Below, piece by piece: positions 28,141 through 38,660 of a stretch of DNA of 64,000 nt (positions are counted from its first letter, which is position 1; each line of letters starts with the position of its first letter). Position numbers and translations under genes: made by a program. The notes under the pieces were generated by a model. It saw only the letters and a program-made list of their open reading frames with translations, was not told the DNA's origin and ran no database searches. This DNA comes from an uncultured Flavobacteriales bacterium (lineage in GTDB: Bacteria; Bacteroidota; Bacteroidia; AKYH767-A; 2013-40CM-41-45): assembly GCA_964544885.1 (NCBI GenBank), contig CAZJDX010000004.1, forward strand, positions 33,407 to 97,406. Direction: 5' to 3'.

Positions 28141-30312
28141 CTATTCGAGAATGGTAAATTCCACTCTTCTGTTTTTCTGGCGTCCTTCGGGTGTAGTATT
28201 GGGAGCTATGGGTTGAGAAAGCCCGTAGCCTTTTGTGATGATCCTTGATTCCTCCACACTTTTTGCTACCAGATAGGTTTTTACTGCATTGGCTCTGTTT
28301 TGTGAGAGTTTCATGTTCAGCTGGGAAGAACCGACATTATCGGTATGGCCTTCTATCAGTATCCGGAATGTGGATTTACGCTTGAGCAGATTAGCCAGTT
28401 CGTCCAGTGAAGCGTAGCTGGTTTGACGGATTACGGCTTTCCCGCTTTCAAATTCAAGGTTACTGAACACTTTATTGATGATTTCCTGATCTTCTTTGTT
28501 CAGTTGCACTCTAACAGGCACTGCCGGCTTTACTTCAATTTTTTCGACCACAGGGCAACCGTTGTTGGTTAATGGGCCGGGAACCAGCACACAGCTGTCA
28601 AGTTTGTCGATCAGTCCGTCATTGTCGGTGTCGGGACATCCTTTATTGATCAGCAGTCCTTTTTCGGTAATGCAGTCATCTTCAGGATCTGGGATTGAAT
28701 CCAGGTCAGTATCCGGACAGCCCGAATAAGCAACCAGACCTGAGTCGAGCGGGCACTTATCTTCTTTATCGGCAATCCCGTCATTATCTGCATCCGGGCA
28801 ACCAAAGAGAATTTTTACCCCCGGAATATCGGGGCACTTATCGTCCTTGTCCGCAACCCCGTCAAGGTCGGAATCGGGACAACCATTGAATTCGGCAAGT
28901 CCGGGTGTGTCAGGACAATCATCTTTTGCATCGCTTACCTTGTCTTTATCTCTGTCTTTAAATGGTCTACCTAAAATCAGGTTGATACCAAAATGTACGT
29001 GACTGTTTCTTGAATCAAGGGGGGCAACCAGTCCGATAACGTTATCAGTAACCGTATATAGTTGCACAGCGCCGGCACTGACCGTAAATCCTGCGCCGAT
29101 ATTGGCAAAGTTATGATTCATGTAGGAATAAGAGAGTGATGTTGAAAGATGCCTTCCTACTTTCAGGTTATAAGAAAGTGTGACCGTCGGCTGAATAGTC
29201 TTCTTAAAAAATTCGGCATGGATAAGTCCGCCGGCAAAACTCTTGTCATTGATTTTGTAATTCGCGCCCAGGTACAAATGAGCAGGAAGATAGCTTGTAT
29301 AGGCATCCGAAAATTCGCTTGTATTGAAAGTATCGCTCAGCGAATCCAGCACGGATTCAACATTGGCATTTGTATCATTGATGAAGTTTTTCAGATCAAC
29401 GCCTGAAAATTCATATTTACCTGCGGCAGTTTTGTAATTTTTTACGTCCTCTTTCCATTTTATATAGCCAAGGTTGACTACACTCAGGCTGAATTTCCAG
29501 TTATCATTGTAAGAGTAGGTTGCTCCTATATCCGCACCAAATCCTTTATTATTCCTGTTGAGAAGATATTTTTTAATATTCTTCGCCTGAACCTTTGAAT
29601 CCGTTGTATCGAATTGCTCATAGCCTTCATCGTTGTTGTCAGGGCTGGAAGTCCGGATAATGACATCGGTAGGCACTTCGAGGCTGTAATCATCCGAAGC
29701 TGTATAAAATCCCAGATCCCCGGTACTTGATGAATAATTTTCCATACCATAGAGATACTTCAGTCTTATGCCTGTTGTCCATTTTTCATTGACTTCATAA
29801 GTCCAGCCAATACCATAATCCCTGTAATGTGTGGCATCAAATCCGGTTTTGGAAAAATCCAGACTTTGACCGATGAATGGGCCGTTTCCTTTGTCAATCA
29901 GATTGATCAGGTCTTTCGAATACAGGAATGCGAAGTTCACATGCTCGGTTATATTCACCGTGAAATAGTTTCTTTTCACTTTAACGCCGAATGATAATAT
30001 ATCAATACTTGCATTGACTTTGAGAAAATTGTTGTTACGGAGTTTTCTGACCACATTATCTATATCGATCGTAACAGAATCATCAGAACGTAATTTATAG
30101 AAATCATGATAATTGAAACTGCTGTTGCTTATCAGTAAATAGTTCGAGGAAAGCGCCGGCAAACCTATATAATACCGGTTTACCGGCATTTGTGACGGAT
30201 TGACTCTTGTATATTGACCAATGTCAAACATGTTATACAAAGTGAGGTCTTGTTGCGCAACCGATGTTTGCGAGAAGAGTGTGAAAAAGACTATATATAG
30301 AGATTTTTTCAT
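28141..30312 (-). CDS. OmpA-family outer-membrane protein with thrombospondin type 3 (TSP3) calcium-binding repeats.
   Basis: Signal peptide, an N-terminal beta-rich region, multiple D-x-D-x-D-G-x-x-D repeats (DSDLDGVADKDDKCPD...), and a C-terminal OmpA domain (...NRANAVKTYL...NRRVEF). Confidence 0.85.
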   Translation of the reverse strand: MKKSLYIVFFTLFSQTSVAQQDLTLYNMFDIGQYTRVNPSQMPVNRYYIGLPALSSNYLLISNSSFNYHDFYKLRSDDSVTIDIDNVVRKLRNNNFLKVNASIDILSFGVKVKRNYFTVNITEHVNFAFLYSKDLINLIDKGNGPFIGQSLDFSKTGFDATHYRDYGIGWTYEVNEKWTTGIRLKYLYGMENYSSSTGDLGFYTASDDYSLEVPTDVIIRTSSPDNNDEGYEQFDTTDSKVQAKNIKKYLLNRNNKGFGADIGATYSYNDNWKFSLSVVNLGYIKWKEDVKNYKTAAGKYEFSGVDLKNFINDTNANVESVLDSLSDTFNTSEFSDAYTSYLPAHLYLGANYKINDKSFAGGLIHAEFFKKTIQPTVTLSYNLKVGRHLSTSLSYSYMNHNFANIGAGFTVSAGAVQLYTVTDNVIGLVAPLDSRNSHVHFGINLILGRPFKDRDKDKVSDAKDDCPDTPGLAEFNGCPDSDLDGVADKDDKCPDIPGVKILFGCPDADNDGIADKEDKCPLDSGLVAYSGCPDTDLDSIPDPEDDCITEKGLLINKGCPDTDNDGLIDKLDSCVLVPGPLTNNGCPVVEKIEVKPAVPVRVQLNKEDQEIINKVFSNLEFESGKAVIRQTSYASLDELANLLKRKSTFRILIEGHTDNVGSSQLNMKLSQNRANAVKTYLVAKSVEESRIITKGYGLSQPIAPNTTPEGRQKNRRVEFTILE
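28515..28965 (-). repeat. Coding tandem TSP3-type repeats inside the OmpA-family gene.
   Basis: Reiterated CPD...D.D.DG..D..D units visible in the translation. Boundaries are approximate. Confidence 0.5.
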
Positions 30313-30332
30313 GACATGTTTATTTTACGGGA

Positions 30333-31964
30333 TCAGAATTCGATATTAAGGAAAGCGCGTACTCCGATCCTGATATCGAGCGTATAAGAAGAGTATATGG
30401 GTACCTGCTGTACCGGTGCGTTTTGAGTGCTGACTATTGCCGTTATGATCAGCTTTTTGGCATCATAAATGCGTTCCAGTCTTGCCTTGTCGAACTCTTC
30501 ATCGCGCATTTTTTTATTCGGGAGGATCACCTTTCCGTTCAGATCAAGTAGTCCTGATTCCACAATGAAATCTGAGGCATCGCTGAGTAATGAATCAATT
30601 ACCAGGTAATTCGTGTCAGTGAAATAAATTTGTACATAAGCATCGGCAGGGAATCCGTTTTGAGCATTGATTCGGAAGATGGCCTTTTGAACTTCTTCAA
30701 TATTTTCGAGTTCGAAGTCGGTTGTATCGACAACCGTAAACCCATTTGCCGAACCCTTCAACGGTAGTTTAACTTCGGCATCTACACGAAACTGACTTGA
30801 GTCGGATATGAAATTATATGTCGGCACAGGAGAATTCGACACCGCGTTCACATCAAAAGCGATATACCTTGGATTTTGATCCATTATGACCGATATATTA
30901 CTATTGGTCTTATCAAGGTAGAATGAAGTGATGGCAGTCTGACCAGGAGTAACAGGGGTTTGCACAGGTAAGGGGTTGGGGATAGAACCGGTGACAGGAG
31001 CCGTACTCCCATTTGAAAAAATGGCATACAGAGCGGTGAGTTGTGCATTGACAGGAATACCGAATGAGTTTGATATTTCAAAATTTATATAAGGATCATC
31101 AAATGCAATGTTGCCAAAAACCGTATTGTTGAACAATTCAATTCTTGATGAATCGCCGGGAAGGGAGAGAGGCCTTTGTCCGAAGTTCCCGAATGCGTAT
31201 TCCATTTGGAGGTTATTCAATTCAGACGAGATGTACAGGTTTTTGTCAGTAAGAGAAAGCAGGGAAGCTGAATTTGAAAATGTGATTGTATAATTTACAC
31301 GCAGTTGATTAAAGGAGCCCGCTCCGGTCAGGTTTAACCTGTATCCACCCAGCCCGTCGCTGGCATTTACCTGCAGCGGGATTCCAAGATTGTGATCAAG
31401 AGGAATTGTTCTTGAATAAGGAATGCCATTTAAGGTCGCATCCGGGATATCTATCCGCACAGAGCCACTATGGGGCAAATCACTGGTAAGCGTGGTACTT
31501 AAGATGCCGGTTCGGAGAAAAATCGAATCGATTTCTTCACTGCCTGAAACATTAAAGGGAATTACCGTTGAGATGGTTCTTGAAAAGGTACCCGACTGGT
31601 AGAGGTCAGTACTGTCAGCAACAAGCGGTGTAAATTGACTTAAATACGACTGGTTCAGCAAGGGCATGAATTCAAACCCATAAACCGAAAAAATATTACT
31701 CCTGTAAATCAGGTATACGAAGCCATTGCTGTCGGTATCCACAATAGTTGAATTCGAAAAGCCAGTCAGGTCGTTAATGCTGAGTGATGAATTTATGAGT
31801 GGAATGGCGAAATCCGGATCCCAGTTTGTTGCAGCGATCCTGTCGTAATTGAAATCTTCATCCTTCACACACCCTGTCAGCAGCAAGGCAAAAGATGAGA
31901 TTAGCGCCAGCTTTCTGATGAGCCTGACCGATTGTAGAGTTTTGTTCTGGTTTAAAGAATGCAT
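30333..31964 (-). CDS. Hypothetical lipoprotein, upstream partner of the OmpA/TSP3 gene.
   Basis: 543 aa with lipoprotein signal LLLTGC. No recognisable catalytic motif. It lies 20 bp upstream of the OmpA gene on the same strand. Confidence 0.6.
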   Translation of the reverse strand: MHSLNQNKTLQSVRLIRKLALISSFALLLTGCVKDEDFNYDRIAATNWDPDFAIPLINSSLSINDLTGFSNSTIVDTDSNGFVYLIYRSNIFSVYGFEFMPLLNQSYLSQFTPLVADSTDLYQSGTFSRTISTVIPFNVSGSEEIDSIFLRTGILSTTLTSDLPHSGSVRIDIPDATLNGIPYSRTIPLDHNLGIPLQVNASDGLGGYRLNLTGAGSFNQLRVNYTITFSNSASLLSLTDKNLYISSELNNLQMEYAFGNFGQRPLSLPGDSSRIELFNNTVFGNIAFDDPYINFEISNSFGIPVNAQLTALYAIFSNGSTAPVTGSIPNPLPVQTPVTPGQTAITSFYLDKTNSNISVIMDQNPRYIAFDVNAVSNSPVPTYNFISDSSQFRVDAEVKLPLKGSANGFTVVDTTDFELENIEEVQKAIFRINAQNGFPADAYVQIYFTDTNYLVIDSLLSDASDFIVESGLLDLNGKVILPNKKMRDEEFDKARLERIYDAKKLIITAIVSTQNAPVQQVPIYSSYTLDIRIGVRAFLNIEF

Positions 31965-32064
31965 GTCATTGTCCCTTTATTAACAATGTAAAGTAAAGGG
32001 GCAAAGAGAGAGGGAAGGAAATTTATTTACAGACTTATATACATTCCGGTGTTCACAGAAGTGA

Positions 32065-32643
32065 TCATGCAGGTAATAATCTGAAGCTTTTTCTGTGATG
32101 CGGACTGATTCCGAATTTTACTATTGCCTCCCTGTGTTTTAAGGTTCCATAACCTTTGTTCTGTTCCCAGTCATACTGCGGAAACTCAGTATGCAGGCTG
32201 TTCATATGGTCGTCACGGTAAGTTTTGGCCAGAATGGAGGCTGCGGCAATGGAGGCGAATTTGGAATCTCCTTCAATGATGCATGTATGTTTTATGTTAT
32301 GATATTCCCTGAAACGGTTTCCGTCGATGAGGAGCAATTCCGGTAAAATTTTCAATTGTGAGATTGCCTTGTGCATGGCCAGGATAGAGGCATTGAGGAT
32401 ATTCAACTGATCAATTTCCTCCAAACCCGCGCAAGCTACAGACCATGCGAGTGCCTGTTCCTGAATCATAGGCCTCAGCAGTTCTCTCTGCTGAGCAGTT
32501 AGTTTTTTTGAATCGTTTAAAAAAGGGAGATGATATCTGGCCGGAAGTATTACCGCTGCCGCGAAAACAGGACCTGCAAGACAACCTCTTCCGGCTTCAT
32601 CGCAACCTGCTTCGATCAGTTTATGTTGAAATCGCGATCTCAT
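32065..32643 (-). CDS. rnhB: Ribonuclease HII.
   Basis: Active-site motif [12 protein letters not shown], 192 aa. Confidence 0.9.
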   Translation of the reverse strand: MRSRFQHKLIEAGCDEAGRGCLAGPVFAAAVILPARYHLPFLNDSKKLTAQQRELLRPMIQEQALAWSVACAGLEEIDQLNILNASILAMHKAISQLKILPELLLIDGNRFREYHNIKHTCIIEGDSKFASIAAASILAKTYRDDHMNSLHTEFPQYDWEQNKGYGTLKHREAIVKFGISPHHRKSFRLLPA

Positions 32644-32680
32644 TTTCCGGTTAAATGATTGTTAGTATTTCGGATATATT

Positions 32681-33811
32681 TTAAATGCCTTCAACGGTTC
32701 TCATCATGCTCTGCCAGAGGCTTTCCGCGGTTTTGTCCCAGGTAAACAATTCTCTCCTTTTTTTACCTCTTTCGGTCAATTCCGCCTGTAGTTCTTCACT
32801 CCTGTACAGGTCTGTCATGCGATTTGAGATTGATTCTGCTGAGAAAGGATCAGCATAAAGTGCTGCATCACCCGCTACCTCTGGCATTGAGCTTGTATTG
32901 GAACAGATCACAGGTACTTCACAACGAAATGCTTCTACAATCGGAATTCCAAATCCTTCAAAGATGGAAACGTAAGTAAGGGCAAAAGCGGCTCCGGTAA
33001 TCCGGTATAGCTCATCATCCGGAATTCTGCCCGTGAAGATCACATCTTCCTTATGCTCCATGCTCTTGAAAGCACTCTCCATCTCCGGACTCCACCATCT
33101 TTTTGTACCGGCAAGAATAAGTTTGAAATCAGATCCGGATGTAATCTTGAAAATGTCGAAAGCCTTAAGCAGCGTAGCAATATTTTTTCTCTTATGGAGA
33201 GAGCCAATGAAGAGGAAATAGGGTCTTCCCTTGCTGTATTTCTCTCTCGTAAGTTGTTTCTCAGAAAGTGTGACCGGTAGAAAATTCTCACTGGCGCCAT
33301 TATAGACAATGTCCAGCTTACTCTCCGGAATGCTATAAGTCTTCATTATATCTTTTGCGGAATATTCAGAGACGGTAGCGATTCGGTTGGCGCCGTGTGC
33401 AAATTTTCTGAAGAAATACCTGTAATAGGTACGGTTGAAAAACGGAAGATCTTCCGGATAGTGTTCGAAATTAATATCATGTATAACGGCAAGAGACTTC
33501 ACACCAGTATCCAGGGCAAGAAAACCATCTGTCGCGACGAATAGGTCGGGTTTGAGGCGTTTTAGTAATCTTTTCAGTGACCATTCATACCATATGCACC
33601 AGAGCAAGGGGTGACGCGCAGGAGGTGAAATAATTACCGGTTTGATATTATCCGTGAAAATGAAGGAAGGGTCGCAGGGTCTGTCAAATATAAAGATAAA
33701 GTCGTGATCAGGATGGTTTGCTGTTATCCTTCTGAAGCTTTCGAAGGTAAAATAGCCGATGCCTTCCATCTTATTCAGTTGAAGCATACGGGTGTTTACA
33801 GCAATCAGCAT
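32681..33811 (-). CDS. Glycosyltransferase family 4 (GT-B, group 1).
   Basis: C-terminal EX7E-like region (EGFGIPIVEAFRCEVPVICSNTSSMPEVAGD). The likely start is MLIAVNTRML at 33811. The 72-codon upstream extension in the ORF track overlaps lpxD and is probably not translated. Confidence 0.8.
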   Translation of the reverse strand: MLIAVNTRMLQLNKMEGIGYFTFESFRRITANHPDHDFIFIFDRPCDPSFIFTDNIKPVIISPPARHPLLWCIWYEWSLKRLLKRLKPDLFVATDGFLALDTGVKSLAVIHDINFEHYPEDLPFFNRTYYRYFFRKFAHGANRIATVSEYSAKDIMKTYSIPESKLDIVYNGASENFLPVTLSEKQLTREKYSKGRPYFLFIGSLHKRKNIATLLKAFDIFKITSGSDFKLILAGTKRWWSPEMESAFKSMEHKEDVIFTGRIPDDELYRITGAAFALTYVSIFEGFGIPIVEAFRCEVPVICSNTSSMPEVAGDAALYADPFSAESISNRMTDLYRSEELQAELTERGKKRRELFTWDKTAESLWQSMMRTVEGI

Positions 33812-33962
33812 CTGGAAATGTTGGTCTGTGAAAGTAAGCAATAGGCCTGGTGTTTTGGCCGCTTTACCTGAATGTAGTACCGGACTTGTTGACTGTTTTT
33901 TGTTGAAAAATGACAAAATACCGTAGTCTTCCTTCTGCAGGCGCCATCCAAATTCTGTACTT

Positions 33963-34919
33963 TTGCACCTGATGAAGTTCGAACATGCCGTGAGTCTTAA
34001 GGAACTCGCCCGACTAACCGGAAGCAAAGTGATCGGTGACGAGAATGCACTTGTTCACGGAATCAATGAGATCCATAAGGTTGAACCGGGGGATATCACT
34101 TTTGTGGATCATCCGAAGTATTATTCTAAATCTCTCAAGTCAAAGGCAGGATTTGTGATAATCAACCAGGATATGATAAACCCTGAAGGAAAATCTTTGT
34201 TGTTTTCTTCAGATCCTTTTCTCGCCTACAATACGATTGTGCGTCATTACCGGAAGTTTTATCCTGCACTGAATGCAATCAGCGATGATGCCATTATCGG
34301 AGAAGGAACCATACTGCAGCCCGGCGTTTTCATCGGCAACAATGTCCGGATCGGTAAAAATTGCCTCATACATAGTAATGTGAGCATCTATGATCATACG
34401 GAAATAGGAGATGAGGTAATCATTCATTCCAATACGGTTATCGGATCAGACGCTTTTTATTTTAAAAGAAGACCTGAAGGCTATGATAAAATGACCACGT
34501 GTGGAAGGGTTATCATACATCACAAGGTTGAAATCGGAGCCGGATGCACCATTGACAAAGGTGTTTCGGGAGATACAGTAATCGGCGAAGGAACCAAGCT
34601 GGATAACATGGTGCATATAGGTCACGATACCGTTATAGGAAAAAATTGCCTTTTTGCCGCGCAGGTTGGAATAGCAGGAGTTGTTACGATTGAGGATGAT
34701 GTCATCCTGTGGGGACAGGTTGGAGTACAAAAGGATCTTACCATAGGGAAAGGCGCCATAGTGTTGGGAAAATCCGGAGTCCCTAAATCTCTGGAAGGTG
34801 GAAAGACCTATTTCGGTGCGCCAACCCAGGATGCCCGTGAGAAGATGAAAGAACTTGCCTTCATCAAGCAGCTTCCGGAAATTATTGAAAAACTTAAAAG
34901 ACAAGATAAAATTGGCTGA
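33963..34919 (+). CDS. lpxD: UDP-3-O-acylglucosamine N-acyltransferase.
   Basis: LpxD N-terminal domain plus left-handed beta-helix hexapeptide repeats. The start may be the MKFEH Met at 33972. Confidence 0.85.
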   Translation: MHLMKFEHAVSLKELARLTGSKVIGDENALVHGINEIHKVEPGDITFVDHPKYYSKSLKSKAGFVIINQDMINPEGKSLLFSSDPFLAYNTIVRHYRKFYPALNAISDDAIIGEGTILQPGVFIGNNVRIGKNCLIHSNVSIYDHTEIGDEVIIHSNTVIGSDAFYFKRRPEGYDKMTTCGRVIIHHKVEIGAGCTIDKGVSGDTVIGEGTKLDNMVHIGHDTVIGKNCLFAAQVGIAGVVTIEDDVILWGQVGVQKDLTIGKGAIVLGKSGVPKSLEGGKTYFGAPTQDAREKMKELAFIKQLPEIIEKLKRQDKIG

Positions 34920-36165
34920 ACCTATCAAACAGATTACCGGTACACCCGAAGTGCTCTCAGCAGAGTTGCATGTCAAAAAATTGCAGCTGCACTGGTTATT
35001 ACAGATTACCAAGGCTATAAACTACAATTTTTCAACCAAACAAATGCTGGATGTTTATGAACATGTGCTTCATAGCCAGCTCAAAGTGGAAAAGCTGGCT
35101 TTATTGATACATGAAAACAAATGGAGCTGCGCCTTAACCTACGGTACTGATAAAAGCATGAAAGAGTTTGATCTTGAGAAAACTCTTTCTGAACTCAACA
35201 GCCTTCATAACCTTGAAACGGAAAAGCAGTTATGGATCAATACTTTCGATACAATTCTGCCCGTTTATCACAAGGAGGAAATACTGGCTTATGCATTGGT
35301 TGGAGGTTACGCAAACAGTGTGATCCCGGCAAAAAATGAATTGCTTTCATTTGTACAGACTATTACCAACCTGATTGTTGTTGCTATCGAAAACAACCAT
35401 ATCGCAGCGGAAAAGATACGTCAGGCAGGCATACGTAAAGAGCTTGAACTGGCGGCCCAGATGCAGAGTTTGTTGTTTCCGGTACAGCTCCCATCAACAA
35501 GGCATGTGGATGTACATGCTACCTATCTTCCTCATCAGGAAGTCGGCGGCGACTACTATGATTACATACCTATCAATGATGACGAATTCGTTTTTTGCAT
35601 GGCTGATGTTTCAGGAAAGGGTATTCCGGCCGCTTTGCTGATGTCGAATTTTCAGGCCAATTTGCATGCGCATGTACACCACATTTCATCACTTACAAGC
35701 CTCGTCCGCCTTTTGAATAATAAGGTGTTTACCAGTGCTCAGGGTGAGAAATTCATTACTTTTTTTATTGGTCGTTTCAATACCCAGACAAAAGAATTAC
35801 ACTACGTCAACGCAGGCCATAATTCTCCTTTCCTGATTCATGATAAAGTAGTTTACATGCTCAACGAAGGAAGTACCGGCCTGGGCATGTTCGAGGAGTT
35901 GCCTTTTGTCAATCCGGGAAAAGTATTCATTCCGGAGAATGCGCAGCTTCATTGTTACACTGATGGGGTGACTGATCTAGAAAATGTTCTGTCAAAAGAA
36001 TTCGGCATGGAAAGACTGCGGGAGTTTTTGACCTCCAGGACCCATGTGAAAGATCTGAAATTTTTGCAGGATGAACTGGTTTCAACACTCAGGGCATTCA
36101 AGGAGAGCAGGGATTTCACGGATGACATTACCCTCCTGAGTTTTCTCTTTAAGCCAACGACCTGA
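34855..36165 (+). CDS. PP2C/SpoIIE-family serine phosphatase with an N-terminal GAF-like sensor region.
   Basis: PP2C motifs GGDYYDY...DVSGKGIPAALLMS...YTDGVTD. The N-terminal 64 bp overlap the lpxD end, so the start is uncertain. Confidence 0.75.
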   Translation: MPSSSSFRKLLKNLKDKIKLAEPIKQITGTPEVLSAELHVKKLQLHWLLQITKAINYNFSTKQMLDVYEHVLHSQLKVEKLALLIHENKWSCALTYGTDKSMKEFDLEKTLSELNSLHNLETEKQLWINTFDTILPVYHKEEILAYALVGGYANSVIPAKNELLSFVQTITNLIVVAIENNHIAAEKIRQAGIRKELELAAQMQSLLFPVQLPSTRHVDVHATYLPHQEVGGDYYDYIPINDDEFVFCMADVSGKGIPAALLMSNFQANLHAHVHHISSLTSLVRLLNNKVFTSAQGEKFITFFIGRFNTQTKELHYVNAGHNSPFLIHDKVVYMLNEGSTGLGMFEELPFVNPGKVFIPENAQLHCYTDGVTDLENVLSKEFGMERLREFLTSRTHVKDLKFLQDELVSTLRAFKESRDFTDDITLLSFLFKPTT

Positions 36166-36227
36166 TCTTTTTTAAGTTCACAGAGTACAGGGTCTGTTCA
36201 CCGAATGTGCAGAATAGCACTGGGATT

Positions 36228-37676
36228 TTACCTTTTGTTCAGAGGACCAGGCTCTTGTTTGTTTTCATTGTGATATACATTTAAAGCAACAAGCATAGCT
36301 GCAAAGGCCCATACAGGTACGGATAACTTGTCGGTATCCAGAAAATTATTGAGTATCCCGTGCGAGAAATACGAAACCAGTCCAAGGAGGATTCCGAGTA
36401 TCAGCACCTTTGAATGGTTATTTTTACTGAGCGATATCTGTATGGTGGCAGTATAAATGAGTGTGGAGATTATTAACAGAATTCCTATAAGTCCCAATAC
36501 TCCCATTTCTGCAAGAGGTCCTATATACTCACTGTGTGCATTACCCATATCGCCGGCATTGGTGGAGATAATGGTCATCTCACTTGATTTCTGATAGGGC
36601 GCGTAATTGAATTGATAGGTTCCCGGTCCCCAGCCAAAAACGGGCTTTTCCTCAAACATCCGGAGGGCGGCATTCCAACGGTTAATACGCTCAAGATTCG
36701 AGGCATCGGTTGATATATTTGAAATGGACTTAAGATGCTTGTTCATGTCCGTTGCCGAATCCTGCTCATTTCTTTCCAGCATGATCATGATATCGGTTCT
36801 GAATACAAGAAACAGACTGATCAGGGTGATTCCGCTTATGGCCACAGTGGTGAATCGTATCCTGAATTTGAAAATCAGAAAAACGATCAGTGCCGCAACA
36901 AGGCTTAACCATGCAGCCCTGGTGTATGACAGGACCATGGCAGTCAATAGTACACCCAGCACTATCATTGACAGGATGCGGTTCCTGCTGTTGGAGTTCC
37001 AGGAAGATGCAAAGACAAAGAATAAGGGGATGAACATGGCTATTACCGCTGCGTAGGCCGTATGATCATTATAAAAAGGAATCATGACCCAATGGGCTGC
37101 CTTTTGCGTCCATCCGTGTTGAGCATGTCTTATTATGGTGTAAACGATGACGATTAACAGTGTGGAAACATACAGCCAGACAAACCTGTTTATATTCTTC
37201 TTGTCACGGAACAACTGGGTACCCAGAAAAAACATGGGAAGAATAAACCACATCTGGGTCAGTAGATGCTTGAATGATACAAGCGGATAAGTGCTGGTCA
37301 GCGAAGTGATAAAAGTCCAGCTGAGATGAAAGTAAATAGCCAGGCTAACCGGATGCCAGATGATCCGTCTGTCGAACTTGCCTTCATAAATCAATTTGAA
37401 AACAAAAAGCAGCATGACTCCGAACAGCAGCGGTTCAGAGGGTACACTTAATGCCGGGCCGGTGGATTTATTATTCAGAATGATTCCAAGCGGAGTGCTG
37501 AAGGCAATAATGTAAAGAAGAATATCAATTCTGAATAAGGCCAGATAGATTACAACCAGACCGAGAGGGGCCGCTGCTATCCAATACATCTCCCTGGAGA
37601 GAAAATAGATACTCAGTCCCAGGAAACCAAGGGTGATCGCATAAAACCAACGGAGTTCTGCCTTTTGAGGTAACAA
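36228..37676 (-). CDS. O-antigen ligase/Wzy_C-family polytopic membrane protein.
   Basis: 482 aa, at least 10 TM helices and a periplasmic loop, typical of the O-antigen ligase/polymerase family. Confidence 0.65.
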   Translation of the reverse strand: MLPQKAELRWFYAITLGFLGLSIYFLSREMYWIAAAPLGLVVIYLALFRIDILLYIIAFSTPLGIILNNKSTGPALSVPSEPLLFGVMLLFVFKLIYEGKFDRRIIWHPVSLAIYFHLSWTFITSLTSTYPLVSFKHLLTQMWFILPMFFLGTQLFRDKKNINRFVWLYVSTLLIVIVYTIIRHAQHGWTQKAAHWVMIPFYNDHTAYAAVIAMFIPLFFVFASSWNSNSRNRILSMIVLGVLLTAMVLSYTRAAWLSLVAALIVFLIFKFRIRFTTVAISGITLISLFLVFRTDIMIMLERNEQDSATDMNKHLKSISNISTDASNLERINRWNAALRMFEEKPVFGWGPGTYQFNYAPYQKSSEMTIISTNAGDMGNAHSEYIGPLAEMGVLGLIGILLIISTLIYTATIQISLSKNNHSKVLILGILLGLVSYFSHGILNNFLDTDKLSVPVWAFAAMLVALNVYHNENKQEPGPLNKR

Positions 37677-37684
37677 TGAGCTGC

Positions 37685-38644
37685 TTATTTGAAATTCAGT
37701 TTATCCCTGGATGAAAAGATCAGCAGGGTTAAAAACGCCACAAGCAGGGAAGATCCTACGGAGATGACAACGATTAGCCATCGTACAGGATACGATTTCT
37801 TGTCGGCCGGCTGCGGATGCGATACCACGTTAGCATAAGTGAGTTTCTTATACACATCCTTTTTAGCATTTTCATATTCGAGCTGGAGGGTGTTATAATC
37901 GCCCCTAAGCCTCCATAGCAATTCGTTCAGCGCGTTAAACTCACCGCCTTTATCTTTCAATGCGGTGATGATGTTCTGCGCTTCCTTTACGCTCCTGCTG
38001 TCACCATTCCTGAGCCCTCTTAGATAGCCTCTTGTCGCTTCCCGGGATTGCTCTTTGTAATCAAGCAGATTATATTGCTCACGATAGGTTTTTAAGATAG
38101 CTTCCATGGAGTCCATCTGTGCTTTTTTCTCCAGCAACTGATTCTGAGTGATAACGAGTACTTCCCTTGACTTCGAAGCATGAAGCCTTCTTACGAATAT
38201 GTCGAAATAATGGATGATCGAATCAGTCATCTGCGAAGCGATTTCAGGATCGGTATCATAGACGGTTATCTCCATCGTTTCATATTCGGTTTTCCGGATA
38301 GTGACATTCTCCTCATACATTTTTATCACTTCGGATTTAAAGTGCTTGTTCGTTATTGTATCAATATCATAATGGGAATACAGGTCGAATGCTTTGATCA
38401 CCCAGTTGCGGATTTCGGATGACTGCGCGAACTGAAGCATCTGTTCTGTCGCGCTTTCATTACTGTATGCAATAAGATTTGAAGGGTAGACCAGCGCGTA
38501 TGATTTGAATTTCGGTTTAATAAACCAGGGTGAAGAAAAAAGTGCCGAAGCAAGAAAACTGACAAGTCCGACAATGATTAGATGTTTTCTCCAGCGATAT
38601 GCAGCTCCAATGATTCCGGTTGAATTAAAATAGGAATTGTCCAT
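37685..38644 (-). CDS. Wzz-like polysaccharide co-polymerase (chain-length determinant), paralog 1.
   Basis: N-terminal TM, a coiled-coil periplasmic region and a C-terminal TM. Clear paralogy with the next gene (PKFKS/PKFRS; KKSYPVRWLIV/KKSYPSRWLIV). Confidence 0.7.
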   Translation of the reverse strand: MDNSYFNSTGIIGAAYRWRKHLIIVGLVSFLASALFSSPWFIKPKFKSYALVYPSNLIAYSNESATEQMLQFAQSSEIRNWVIKAFDLYSHYDIDTITNKHFKSEVIKMYEENVTIRKTEYETMEITVYDTDPEIASQMTDSIIHYFDIFVRRLHASKSREVLVITQNQLLEKKAQMDSMEAILKTYREQYNLLDYKEQSREATRGYLRGLRNGDSRSVKEAQNIITALKDKGGEFNALNELLWRLRGDYNTLQLEYENAKKDVYKKLTYANVVSHPQPADKKSYPVRWLIVVISVGSSLLVAFLTLLIFSSRDKLNFK

Positions 38645-38660
38645 AATGATCGGGTGTTCG

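Noticed and set aside
32681-34027. Long N-terminal extension of the GT4 gene (72 extra codons) overlapping lpxD.
   Set aside because: The extension is Cys/Ser-rich and non-homologous. An internal Met at 33811 gives a canonical GT4 length of about 376 aa and removes the overlap.
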